Shown in pieces: positions 8,870 to 19,094 of a DNA stretch of 64,000 nucleotides. The translations under genes were made by a program, and so were the position numbers. A model generated the notes under the pieces. It was not told the DNA's origin. It worked only from the letters and a program-made list of their open reading frames with translations, and searched no databases. Origin of the DNA: an uncultured Clostridium sp. (GTDB lineage: Bacteria; Bacillota; Clostridia; Clostridiales; Clostridiaceae). Positions within the stretch are counted from its first letter, which is position 1, and every line of letters begins with the position of its first letter. Where the stretch lies: assembly GCF_963527835.1 (NCBI RefSeq), contig NZ_CAURTC010000020.1:663-64662 (forward strand), written 5' to 3'.

Positions 8870-11215
8870 ATGAAAAAAATAGAGTTGTTAGCACCAGCAG
8901 GTAGTATGGAGAGCTTAGTAGCAGCTATAAATAGAGGAGCTGATGCTATTTATTTAGGCGGAAATAAGTTTTCGGCAAGAGCATATGCATCAAATTTTGA
9001 TAATGAAATGATGATGAAAGCTGTAGATTATGCACATAGCTATGGAGTTAAGGTGTATGTAACTATAAATACTTTGTTAAAAGAAAGTGAAATAAAAGAA
9101 GCTTTAAAATATGCAGGATACCTTTATGATATAGGGGTAGATGCTTTAATAATTCAAGACACGGGACTTATTAATTTAATACAAAAAACATATACAGATT
9201 TTGAATTACATGCATCAACTCAAATGACAGTACATAATGGTGAAAGTGCAATGTATTTTACTGAAAAAGGATTATCTAGAATAGTTTTATCTAGAGAGCT
9301 TTCTTTAAATGAAATTAAATACATATCAAAAGATTTAGGTGTAGAAACAGAAATATTTGTACATGGAGCACTTTGTGTATGCTATTCAGGACAATGCTTA
9401 ATGAGTTCTATGATAGGTGGAAGAAGCGGAAATAGAGGAAGATGCGCTCAACCTTGTAGAATGGAATATATAATACAGGGCGAAAATACTGCACCTAAAA
9501 AGGCATATTTACTTAGTCCAAAAGATATGTGCTTAATTGATGATGTAGAAGAAATAATAAAAAGTGGAACAGCATCTTTAAAAGTAGAAGGACGAATGAA
9601 GAGACCTGAGTATGTGTCAGGTGTTGTAGATACCTATAGAAGAGCAATTAATAAGGTTATTTATAAACAAAAATTTGATTTAAAAAAGGGAAGAACTCAG
9701 TTAGCTCAGCTATTTAATAGAGAAGGTTTTTCTAAAGCATATCTATATAAAAACACAGGAAAAGATATGATGAGTTATAATTTCCCTAAAAATACTGGAA
9801 TTCCTGTAGGTAAGGCACTTGATAAAAGTGAAATTATATTAGAGGGAAACATAAGTATTGGTGATGGAATAAGATACGGGCATGAAGGATTTGTATTAGG
9901 GAAAATATTACTTAATGGCAAAGAAGTAAAGGAAGCTTTTAAAGGTGATAAAGTTAAATTAACACCTAGTGGTTATAAAAAAGGTGACTTAATATATAGA
10001 ATGTCTGATAAAAAATTATATGATGAATTAAAGGATTATGTAAAGCCATATAAAAGAAAAGTATTATTACAAGGTGAATTAGAATTTAAAGTTGGTTTTC
10101 CTTTAAAACTTAAAACTAAATTCAAGGGAAGAGAATATGAAGTTTCAGGTGATAGTGTTGAAGCAGCAGAAAAATCACCATTAGATATAAAAAGAGTAGA
10201 AGAATGTTTAATGAAATCTGGAGAAATACCATATAAATTTGAAAAAGTATTGTTTAATACTTTTGAAGATGGATTTATAAGAATATCTTCTTTAAATAAT
10301 TTAAGAAGAGAGTTATTTGAAAAAATATTAAAGCAAGAAACGTCTTCTTATAGACGAAGAAGATTTAAAGGTGATATTTTGGATAAAAACTTAAAGTTTG
10401 GTGAAAGCTTAGGATATATTTATAGTTGTATAAATAAAGAACAATTAAAAGCTTTATTAGAAGATGATGCTGTTCAAAATATAGCATTAGATATATCATA
10501 TACTAAACATAAAGGTGCATTAAATATAAGTGACTTTAAAAATATAGAAAATAAAAACTTGTATTTTATGACTCCTAATATAATCAAAGAAGAATTTAAA
10601 AATATAGTTAAACAAATAGATGAAGTTAGTCCTAATATAAAAGGGTTAATAACATCTAATGTAGGATTAGTTAATTTATATAAAGATAGATTATTTATAA
10701 TAGGAGATTATAAATTAAATCTTTTCAATAAAGAAGCATTAGATTTTTATAGAGAAGATATAGACGTTCCGTCATTAAGTCTAGAGTTAAATAGAAAAGA
10801 AATTAAAGAGATAATGAAGAGTGTTGATTATAATGTTGCAGTTGGAATTTATGGAAAAGCTGAATTGATGATTAGTGAATATTGTCCAATTGGAAGTACC
10901 TTTGGAAATAAATCTAACTCAAAAGAGTGTAATGGTGCTTGTATGAGAGATGAATTTACATTGGTAGATAGAAAAAATGAAACATTTAAAGTGTTAGGTG
11001 ATAATAGCTGCAGAAGTCATATATTAAATTCGCTTGCTTTAAATTTAATAGAAGAAATTGAAGAATTAAAAACATTTAATATATCTACGTTTAGAGTTGA
11101 CTTTAAAGATGAAACTTATAATGAGGTTAAAGTAATCTTAGAAGAAATGAAAAAACTTAAAAAAAGTGAAAATAGAAGCTATACTAAAGGTCATTATAAA
11201 CGAGGTGTAGAGTAG
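8870..11215 (+). CDS. Long-form peptidase U32 family protein (RlhA-like RNA hydroxylation protein); start at 8870
   Basis: ELLAPAG, HGALCVCYSGQC, NRGRCAQPCR and KVEGRMK motifs; SD AGGAGG before ATG 8870. Confidence 0.88.
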   Translation: MKKIELLAPAGSMESLVAAINRGADAIYLGGNKFSARAYASNFDNEMMMKAVDYAHSYGVKVYVTINTLLKESEIKEALKYAGYLYDIGVDALIIQDTGLINLIQKTYTDFELHASTQMTVHNGESAMYFTEKGLSRIVLSRELSLNEIKYISKDLGVETEIFVHGALCVCYSGQCLMSSMIGGRSGNRGRCAQPCRMEYIIQGENTAPKKAYLLSPKDMCLIDDVEEIIKSGTASLKVEGRMKRPEYVSGVVDTYRRAINKVIYKQKFDLKKGRTQLAQLFNREGFSKAYLYKNTGKDMMSYNFPKNTGIPVGKALDKSEIILEGNISIGDGIRYGHEGFVLGKILLNGKEVKEAFKGDKVKLTPSGYKKGDLIYRMSDKKLYDELKDYVKPYKRKVLLQGELEFKVGFPLKLKTKFKGREYEVSGDSVEAAEKSPLDIKRVEECLMKSGEIPYKFEKVLFNTFEDGFIRISSLNNLRRELFEKILKQETSSYRRRRFKGDILDKNLKFGESLGYIYSCINKEQLKALLEDDAVQNIALDISYTKHKGALNISDFKNIENKNLYFMTPNIIKEEFKNIVKQIDEVSPNIKGLITSNVGLVNLYKDRLFIIGDYKLNLFNKEALDFYREDIDVPSLSLELNRKEIKEIMKSVDYNVAVGIYGKAELMISEYCPIGSTFGNKSNSKECNGACMRDEFTLVDRKNETFKVLGDNSCRSHILNSLALNLIEEIEELKTFNISTFRVDFKDETYNEVKVILEEMKKLKKSENRSYTKGHYKRGVE

Positions 11216-11228
11216 AGGGGAACTATAA

Positions 11229-13586
11229 ATGAACAAGAGATCTTTAAGAGTTTTAGAATTTAATAAAGTAAAAGAAATACTTAAAAAGTATGCATATAGC
11301 AGTTCTGCCAAGAAATTGGTAGATGAGCTTATGCCATATGATAATACATATGAAATAAATAATAATTTAGAGGAATCTAATGAGGCACTTGAAATATTAA
11401 TGAAGAAGGGCAATCCACCAATAGAAGGGCTTTATGATATAAAGGATATACTTCAAAGAGCTAAAAAGGGAGGAACATTAACTCCAGAGCAACTATTAAA
11501 GGTATTAGGAATGCTTACAGCAACTAGAAGAATGCAAGAATTTTTTAAAAGAGAAGAGCAAGATGTGTCTTTTCCTAAGTTAGAAGATTTAGCGTATATA
11601 TTAATGCCTATTAATGATTTGGAAAAAGAAATAGAGAAATCTATTTTATCAGAAGACGAAGTAAGCGATAATGCTAGTACTACTTTATATAATATAAGAA
11701 GAAGCTTAAAAGAAAAGAATTCTTCAGTTAGAGAAAAAATAAACTCAATAGTAAGAAGTAATTCAAAATATTTACAAGATTCTTTATATACAATAAGAGG
11801 CGATAGATATGTAATTCCAGTAAAGGCAGAATATAAGAGTTCAGTACCAGGACTTGTACATGATCAGAGCTCAACAGGAGCTACTCTTTTTATAGAACCT
11901 ATGGGATTAGTTAATTTAAATAATGAAATAAAAGAACTTATGTTAAAAGAAAAAGCTGAAATAGATAGGGTACTTGCAGCATTATCATTAAAAGTGAAAA
12001 TGAATGCAGAACACTGTGAGAGTAATTTTAAAATACTTACTAATTTAGATTTTATTTTTTCAAAGGGAAAATATGCATGCGAATTAAATGCAATAAAACC
12101 TATGGTAAGAGAAGACGGAATATTTAACATAATGTCTGGTAGACATCCTTTAATTGAAAAAGATAAAGTTGTACCTTTAGATGTGATTTTAGGTGATGAA
12201 TTTGATACTTTAATGATAACTGGACCTAATACAGGGGGGAAAACTGTTACATTAAAAACAGTAGGATTACTTCATATAATGGCTCTTAGTGGACTTCTTA
12301 TACCTGCAAGTTCTAATTCATCTGTATCGTTTTTTAAGGAAGTATTTGCTGATATAGGAGATGAGCAAAGTATTGAACAAAATTTATCAACTTTCTCATC
12401 ACATTTAACTAATATAGTAAACATCATGGAATATGATAACAGACAATCACTTATTTTATTTGATGAGTTAGGTGGAGGAACTGATCCAGCAGAAGGTGCA
12501 GCACTTGCAATAGCTATTATAGAAAATTTAAGTAGCAAAGGTGCAAAACTAATAGCAACAACTCACTATAGTGAATTAAAGGCATATGCATTAGAAAAGG
12601 ATAGAGTTGAAAATGCATCTGTAGAGTTTGATATTAATACCTTAAGACCTACATATAGGTTATTAATTGGAATTCCAGGAAAATCTAATGCTTTTGAGAT
12701 TTCTAAAAGAATAGGACTTGGAAAAGAAGTTATAGACTGTGCAAAAAATTATATGTCTAAAGAAAATTTAGAGTTTGAGGGTTTAATAAAGAATCTTCAA
12801 GAAAAAAGTATTATGGCTAAAAAAGATGCAAGAGATGCAAAAGTCATTAAAGATCAAGCAGATGAATTAAAGAAGAAATACGAACAAAAACTTGAAAGAC
12901 TTGAAAAAGTTAAAGATAAAGCTTATATGGAAGCCAGAGAAGAGTCTAAAAAGATAGTAGCTAATGCAAAAGATGAAGCGGATGAAATATTAAAAGCCAT
13001 GAGAGAACTTGAAAAGCTTGGTATTGCAAGTGGAGGAAGACAAAGATTAGAAGAAGAACGTAAAAAACTTAAAGATAGTTTAGAAGAAAAAGAAAAGAAT
13101 CTATATAAGATGAAAGAAAATGACGGTGAAGTACTTGAAAAGGTAACTTTAGGAATGGAAGCATTTTTACCATCTTTAAATCAAACTGTTGTAGTAATTT
13201 CTATGCCTGATAATAGAGGAGAAGTACAAGTTGAAGCTGGAATTATGAAAATTTCAGTTAAGCTAAAAGACTTGAGAAAAACTAAACAATCTAAAGTTGA
13301 AAAGGTAAAGAAAAAGAGAGAATTAAAATTACATTTCAGTAAAGTTGAAAATCGTATAGATTTAAGAGGTCTAGATGCAGAAGAAGCGTGTTATAGAGTA
13401 GATAAATATTTAGATGATGCTTATATGGGCAATCTTGGAGAAGTGACAATAGTTCATGGAAAAGGTACTGGAATTCTTAGAAAAGCAATAAATGATATGC
13501 TTAAGAGACATGTACATGTTAAAAATTATAGATTAGGTGGCTATGGTGAAGGTGGAGATGGTGCAACAATAGTTGAACTAAAATAA
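11229..13586 (+). CDS. mutS2: MutS2 (ATPase plus Smr domain)
   Basis: TGPNTGGKT, DELGGGTDP and C-terminal IDLRG...IVHGKGTG. Confidence 0.96.
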   Translation: MNKRSLRVLEFNKVKEILKKYAYSSSAKKLVDELMPYDNTYEINNNLEESNEALEILMKKGNPPIEGLYDIKDILQRAKKGGTLTPEQLLKVLGMLTATRRMQEFFKREEQDVSFPKLEDLAYILMPINDLEKEIEKSILSEDEVSDNASTTLYNIRRSLKEKNSSVREKINSIVRSNSKYLQDSLYTIRGDRYVIPVKAEYKSSVPGLVHDQSSTGATLFIEPMGLVNLNNEIKELMLKEKAEIDRVLAALSLKVKMNAEHCESNFKILTNLDFIFSKGKYACELNAIKPMVREDGIFNIMSGRHPLIEKDKVVPLDVILGDEFDTLMITGPNTGGKTVTLKTVGLLHIMALSGLLIPASSNSSVSFFKEVFADIGDEQSIEQNLSTFSSHLTNIVNIMEYDNRQSLILFDELGGGTDPAEGAALAIAIIENLSSKGAKLIATTHYSELKAYALEKDRVENASVEFDINTLRPTYRLLIGIPGKSNAFEISKRIGLGKEVIDCAKNYMSKENLEFEGLIKNLQEKSIMAKKDARDAKVIKDQADELKKKYEQKLERLEKVKDKAYMEAREESKKIVANAKDEADEILKAMRELEKLGIASGGRQRLEEERKKLKDSLEEKEKNLYKMKENDGEVLEKVTLGMEAFLPSLNQTVVVISMPDNRGEVQVEAGIMKISVKLKDLRKTKQSKVEKVKKKRELKLHFSKVENRIDLRGLDAEEACYRVDKYLDDAYMGNLGEVTIVHGKGTGILRKAINDMLKRHVHVKNYRLGGYGEGGDGATIVELK

Positions 13587-13590
13587 TGTG

Positions 13591-13916
13591 ATGTTTTAAC
13601 ATGTTGATCTTTTGTATAAAGCTCATGGACAGAGAAATTTGCTTTAAGAACTCTAAAATAAAGATTAGTCCAATTAATGCATGTTCCCAATGAAACATTG
13701 TACTGTGTGAAAGTTCGTGTTTCCAAATATAAAATTTGGACACTTACTTTTGACAAGCAATTAATTGTAAGGCTAAAGGGAAACTCGACTCATGTACATT
13801 CGCTGAGTAAGTTCGAGTAGCAAAATATAAAATTTTGACTCTTACTTAAGAGTTCTAAAAAGCAAATTTCAACGCCACTTCGCCTTTATAACAAAAGATC
13901 AACATATATTTAAAAA
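13591..13916 (-). repeat. Intergenic repeat family, divergent long copy C with two hairpin modules
   Basis: Terminal IR atgttgatcttttgt/acaaaagatcaacat; shares the ctcgaacttactcagcga...gagtcgagtttc core in reverse orientation. Confidence 0.85.
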
Positions 13917-13961
13917 TGGTTAGATAAAAAAATAAATATGAAGAAATTTTGAGGTGAGTGC

Positions 13962-14693
13962 ATGTATATTATAAGTGCATGTTTATGTGGAGTTAACTGT
14001 AAATATAGTGGAGAAAATAATTTAAATGAAAAATGTGCTGAATTATTTAGAAAAGGAAAAGCTATTTTGGTATGTCCTGAACAACTTGGAGGATTAAGTA
14101 CTCCTAGAACTCCAGTGGAATTAAAAAATTCTGCTGAGGAAATACTAAATGGACATGGAATAGCAATTACAAAAGATGGTGTAGATGTTACAAATCAATT
14201 TGTAAAAGGTGCATATGAAACATTAAAGATAGCTAAAGAAGTGAATGCTACAAAGGCAATTTTAAAAGAAAAAAGTCCATCATGTGGTGTTAATAAAGTA
14301 TATGATGGGAGCTTCGAAGGAAATAAAATAGATGGAATGGGAATTACAGCTTATTTGTTAGAAAAAGAAGGAATAGAAGTATTTTCTGAAGAAGATATAG
14401 AACCTAATAATGAGAAATTAATATATCTAAATGAGTATTTTGAAAATAAATTAAAAAGAAAAAAATTTTTAAACTTATATGAAGATGATTTTGATTATGA
14501 TGAGTCATTAGATTTGACAGAATGTTTAGATGAATTTTCCGATTTGCCAAGTCGAGTTAAGGATAATGTAAAAAGATTAATAATATCTTTAGCAGAAGAT
14601 CTTATGGGATTTACTGAAATAGATGAAATATCAGAAGCTACAGGGCTAACAATAGAAGAAATTACTACTATAAAGAATGAGCATAAAAAATAA
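13962..14693 (+). CDS. DUF523 (2-thiouracil desulfurase-like) protein with acidic/HTH-like C-terminal extension
   Basis: SACLCGVNCKY, VCPEQLGGLSTPR and KEKSPSCG motifs. Confidence 0.85.
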   Translation: MYIISACLCGVNCKYSGENNLNEKCAELFRKGKAILVCPEQLGGLSTPRTPVELKNSAEEILNGHGIAITKDGVDVTNQFVKGAYETLKIAKEVNATKAILKEKSPSCGVNKVYDGSFEGNKIDGMGITAYLLEKEGIEVFSEEDIEPNNEKLIYLNEYFENKLKRKKFLNLYEDDFDYDESLDLTECLDEFSDLPSRVKDNVKRLIISLAEDLMGFTEIDEISEATGLTIEEITTIKNEHKK

Positions 14694-14859
14694 TAAATGC
14701 TAGTAATTGGAAAAATTTATTGTCAAATACTATAAAATATTAAAAAAAGTATTTTTTATTATAGTTAAGTATTGTATAATAATAGAAGTATTAAGTAAAA
14801 TTTTGTTAAGTTAGTATAAATGTTTAACAAATGATTTATACAAATGGGAGGGAACATAT

Positions 14860-16587
14860 ATGGATTATAAAGAAAAATATAACTCATGGATTAATTCTGA
14901 GAGTATAAATGAAGAAACAAGGAATGAATTAAAAGCGATATGTGATGAAAAAGAAATAGAAGATAGATTTTATAAAGATTTAGAATTCGGTACAGGTGGA
15001 TTAAGAGGTGTAATTGGTGCAGGAAGCAACAGAATGAATGTATACAGTGTTTCAAAAGCAACTCAAGGTTTTGCTAATTACTTAAATGAAAACTTTAATA
15101 AACCAGCAGTTGCAATTGCATATGATTCTAGAAATATGTCAAAAGAATTTGCTAAGGCAGCAGCACTTACATTATGCGCTAACAATGTAAAAGTATACTT
15201 ATATGAAAGTTTAAGACCAACACCAGTGTTATCTTTTGCTACAAGAGAATTAAAATGTAGTGGTGGAATAGTTGTAACTGCTTCACATAATCCAAAGCAA
15301 TATAATGGATATAAAGTTTATGATGAATTTGGAGGACAAGTTACAGATGATAAAGCTAATAAAATAATAACTTGTGTTAACCAAATTGAAGATTTTTCAC
15401 AAATTAAAACTATAGATGAAAAAGATGCTTTAGAAAAAGGTTTACTTGAGTATGTAGGTGAAGAATTAGATAAAGCTTATATGGAAAAAGTGAAATCTTT
15501 AACTATTAGAAACGAATTAGTTAGTGAAAAAGCTGAGGATTTAAAAGTTATATATACTCCAATTCATGGATCAGGTAATGTTCCAGTTAGAAGAGTATTA
15601 AAAGAATTAGGATATACTAATGTAGAAGTTGTTAAAGAGCAAGAAGAACCAAATGGTAATTTCCCGACAGCATCTTATCCTAATCCAGAAAATCCAGATG
15701 TATTTGAATTGGCTTTAAAGATGGCGAAAAATACAAATCCGGATATAATATTTGGAACAGATCCAGATTGCGATAGAATTGGTGTTGTAGTAAAAGACAG
15801 CAAAGGTGAATACAAGGTTTTAACTGGTAACCAAACTGGATTATTATTAACTCATTATATGTTAAGTTCATTAAAAGAAACTAATAAGTTACCACAAAAT
15901 GGAGTAGTCATTAAGACAATAGTAACTACAGAAGGTGCTAAAGCAATTGCTGATGATTTTAATATAGAAATATTAGATGTATTAACTGGATTTAAGTATA
16001 TAGGAGAAAAGATAAGAGAATTTAAAGAATCAGGAGAGCATACTTACTTATTTGGATTTGAAGAAAGTTATGGATATCTTGCAGGAGACTTTGTTCGTGA
16101 TAAAGATGCAGTAATAGCTTCAATGTTAATATGCGAAATGTGCTTATATTATAAAGAACATGGTAAGAGTTTATATGATGCTTTAATAGAATTATATGAA
16201 AAATACGGATACTTTAAAGAAACTCTTGTATCTTTAGAATTAGCAGGAAAAGAAGGTCAAGAAAAAATTGCTTCTTGTATAGACGCTATGAGAAATAGTA
16301 AGGTAACTGAAATTAACAATGTAAAAGTAGTTAGAAAATTAGATTATAAATTAAGTACAGATGAAGATGTGGTAAATGGAAGTAAGGTATCAATTGATTT
16401 ACCAAAATCAAATGTACTAAAATTTATACTTGAAGATGATTCTTATTTTGTAGTAAGACCATCAGGAACTGAACCTAAAATGAAAATTTACTTATCTATT
16501 AAAGGAAATAGTTTAACTGATGCTGAAAAACAAATATCAGAATTTAAAGAAAATATTATGAAATTAATTAATGAAAAATTAAACTAA
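14860..16587 (+). CDS. pgm: Phosphoglucomutase/phosphomannomutase
   Basis: FGTGGLRG, TASHNP, DPDCDR, FEESYG and RPSGTEPK motifs. Confidence 0.93.
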   Translation: MDYKEKYNSWINSESINEETRNELKAICDEKEIEDRFYKDLEFGTGGLRGVIGAGSNRMNVYSVSKATQGFANYLNENFNKPAVAIAYDSRNMSKEFAKAAALTLCANNVKVYLYESLRPTPVLSFATRELKCSGGIVVTASHNPKQYNGYKVYDEFGGQVTDDKANKIITCVNQIEDFSQIKTIDEKDALEKGLLEYVGEELDKAYMEKVKSLTIRNELVSEKAEDLKVIYTPIHGSGNVPVRRVLKELGYTNVEVVKEQEEPNGNFPTASYPNPENPDVFELALKMAKNTNPDIIFGTDPDCDRIGVVVKDSKGEYKVLTGNQTGLLLTHYMLSSLKETNKLPQNGVVIKTIVTTEGAKAIADDFNIEILDVLTGFKYIGEKIREFKESGEHTYLFGFEESYGYLAGDFVRDKDAVIASMLICEMCLYYKEHGKSLYDALIELYEKYGYFKETLVSLELAGKEGQEKIASCIDAMRNSKVTEINNVKVVRKLDYKLSTDEDVVNGSKVSIDLPKSNVLKFILEDDSYFVVRPSGTEPKMKIYLSIKGNSLTDAEKQISEFKENIMKLINEKLN

Positions 16588-16602
16588 ATTAATTCTACAA
16601 AT

Positions 16603-16644
16603 AAGCTGTTTTAAGTGATATAATAATCATTTAAGACAGCTTTT
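16603..16644 (+). terminator. Probable terminator after pgm
   Basis: aagctgttttaagtgat/atcatttaagacagctt plus Ts. Confidence 0.7.
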
Positions 16645-16686
16645 GTTCTTAAGTACTATCAAGATAAATTTAGGTGGTGTAACATA

Positions 16687-17775
16687 ATGGATTATAAAAC
16701 AATGTTGAAAGAAAAATTAAGTAAAATATTATTTTTAGAAATGGATATAGAGGGATTTAAAAACACTATAAATATTCCTGAGTATGTAACATTTAAAAAC
16801 AAAGATTTATATATGCCTATAAGTTCAGAATATATAACATCTAATGTTAATGATGAAATAAAGATGAAGAACTTACCTATATATTATTTTATTGAAGGAA
16901 TGTTTATATGCTTTGCATGTGATGAAAAGTTAAGATTTAATGATGATTACGGTATAATTTTAACTTATATTGCTAATGCTGAAGAATCTATAAAAAGCCT
17001 TATAGCAAATAGAATTAAAGAAGAAAGATTAGAAGAAGCTTATATATTATTAAAAGGATTATATATATATAATAGAGAGGAAGAAGTGTTTAAAAATTTA
17101 TTATTAACAGGGGAAGCCTTAAGAGAGAAGGATTCTAAATTTAAATCAATATTATTAGAAGATATTGAAGACGGTAAGATAAAATTTAGAAATATGCCAG
17201 AACTTTACTTATATAATGCACTTATATTAAGAGATGATGGAGATTTTATAAACGCAAAAGAAGAAATAAATAGATACTTAAATAAAGGTGGAATAAAAAC
17301 TGCTGATATAGATCAAATAATTAATGATATTAATAACGTAAGTCAATATGAAAAGGCAATAGAGCTTTTAAATGAAAAACCAGAAAAAGCAATAGAAATG
17401 TTATTGCCATTAGTTGATCAATTTGAAGAAAACCCACTTTTATATTATTACTTAGCTGTTGGATATAGAAATTTAGAAAACTATGAAAAAGCTATATATT
17501 ATTTAAATCAAAGTATAAGCATTGAATCAGGTATATTAGAAGTAGTTAATGAACTTGGTATAAATTATGCTTGTCTTGGTAATTATGAAGAAGCAATAAA
17601 ATATTTTAAAAAAGCTTTTGAAGCATCAAGAGATGTTGAAATTTGTACTAACATAACAATGTGTTATATGAATTTAGGAGATAATGAACAAGCGAAACTT
17701 CATTTAGAAATTGCTAAAAAATTAAATCCAGAAGATGAAATTGTTAATCAATTAGAAAAGGCTTTAACTAAATAG
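16687..17775 (+). CDS. Tetratricopeptide repeat protein
   Basis: C-terminal TPR helices (LGINYACLGNYEEAIKYFKKA). Confidence 0.85.
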   Translation: MDYKTMLKEKLSKILFLEMDIEGFKNTINIPEYVTFKNKDLYMPISSEYITSNVNDEIKMKNLPIYYFIEGMFICFACDEKLRFNDDYGIILTYIANAEESIKSLIANRIKEERLEEAYILLKGLYIYNREEEVFKNLLLTGEALREKDSKFKSILLEDIEDGKIKFRNMPELYLYNALILRDDGDFINAKEEINRYLNKGGIKTADIDQIINDINNVSQYEKAIELLNEKPEKAIEMLLPLVDQFEENPLLYYYLAVGYRNLENYEKAIYYLNQSISIESGILEVVNELGINYACLGNYEEAIKYFKKAFEASRDVEICTNITMCYMNLGDNEQAKLHLEIAKKLNPEDEIVNQLEKALTK

Positions 17776-17868
17776 TTAAATTTTTATTTTAAAAGAAAGT
17801 TCATAATTTAAGTGCAAAGCTCATAGATAAACAATCTGCTTTTTTTGATAAAATAGTGTTATTCGTAT

Positions 17869-18075
17869 AGAACATGTTTAAAAATGCATTGATTTATGCA
17901 ATAAGTAAAGTGGCATTGTAATTGGACTTTGAGAATACTTAATGAGTATTGTCACATTTACTGCTTGTCTTAATTTTACATTAGGAGCAAGCTAAAATGG
18001 GACTATACTCATTTTTAGTATTCCTAAGTTCAATTACTCAGTCCATTTTAAAAATGCATATATCAATGCATGTAT
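17869..18075 (+). repeat. Intergenic repeat family, copy D lacking the central module
   Basis: Collinear with copies E/F/G except that the aagtgagagtc...gagtttc core is replaced by a short hairpin. Confidence 0.88.
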
Positions 18076-18117
18076 TAAATAATTATTATTTTAATACATA
18101 AAAAGGGATTTATTATA

Positions 18118-18126
18118 TGATATAAT
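18118..18126 (+). promoter_or_regulatory. Extended -10 promoter for the wall polysaccharide operon
   Basis: TGaTATAAT. Confidence 0.55.
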
Positions 18127-18184
18127 AGTCTAATCAATAATAAGTGTTTATATTTATGAAAATACTACATAATGAAAGGAGAAA

Positions 18185-18367
18185 CTACTTAAAATGTAAG
18201 TTTAAAATTGAAAGTGGAAAGTGTAGAGTGAATAAAAAATTCAATATAGGAATTTTAAAATATATTATTTTAGAAAGTATTTAAGGACTTCCAATAAAAA
18301 ATGTAAACTCTTAATTTCTAATTTTCAGTTGAAAAGCGTGACGCAATAAACTTTGTAATTTAAGTAG
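18185..18367 (+). other. Long fold-back element between the SD (18175-18181) and the wecG start codon
   Basis: ctacttaaa..aagttta / taaactt..tttaagtag closing stem with inverted period-7 arrays inside. Confidence 0.65.
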
Positions 18368-18375
18368 CGAATTTT

Positions 18376-19089
18376 ATGTTTACAGATATACTTAATTTTA
18401 AAATATTTAATGGTAGTAAAAAAGAACTGATGAAATACATAGAGAAATTTGAAAAGATAAATATTATATCAGGAAATCCAGAGATACTATTTAATGGATT
18501 AAATGATAAAATACTTAATAAATGTTTTAAAGAAGATAATTCCGTGATTATTCCTGATGGGGTGGGGACCGTTATTGCTTCTAAATTGTTAAAAAATCCT
18601 GTAAAAGAAAAAATAGCTGGAATAGAAGTAATGAGAGATCTTTTAGAGAAAGCCAGTTTGGAAAATAAATCTATTTATTTATTGGGAGCAAAAGAAGACG
18701 TAATTCAAAAATGTGCGGAAAATATTAAAAATGAATTTAATAATTTAGATATATGCGGTGTACATAATGGATACTTTGATTTAGATCATTGTGATGAAAT
18801 AATAGATGAAATAATAGAAAAAAAGCCTTGGGCTATTTTTATTGCAATGGGATGTCCAAGACAAGAATATTTTATTAAAAAATATATGGATATATTATCT
18901 TGCAATATATTTATGGGAGTTGGAGGAAGCTTTGATATATTTTCAGGAATGTCTAAGAGAGCACCTAAATGGATGATAAATTTAGGTCTGGAATGGCTTT
19001 ATAGGGTGGCAAAGGAACCTTGGAGAATAACAAGACTTACTTCTATACCTAAGTTTTTAATAAAAGTATTAAGGTATAATAAAAGGTGA
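18376..19089 (+). CDS. WecB/TagA/CpsF family glycosyltransferase
   Basis: PDGVG, HNGYF, AMGCPRQE, GVGGSFD and LEWLYR motifs. Confidence 0.93.
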   Translation: MFTDILNFKIFNGSKKELMKYIEKFEKINIISGNPEILFNGLNDKILNKCFKEDNSVIIPDGVGTVIASKLLKNPVKEKIAGIEVMRDLLEKASLENKSIYLLGAKEDVIQKCAENIKNEFNNLDICGVHNGYFDLDHCDEIIDEIIEKKPWAIFIAMGCPRQEYFIKKYMDILSCNIFMGVGGSFDIFSGMSKRAPKWMINLGLEWLYRVAKEPWRITRLTSIPKFLIKVLRYNKR

Positions 19090-19094
19090 TAAAT

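Noticed and set aside
14802..14830. Rex-like half sites ttgttaa...ttaacaa before pgm
   Set aside because: Spacing is far longer than the 4 nt of a Rex operator
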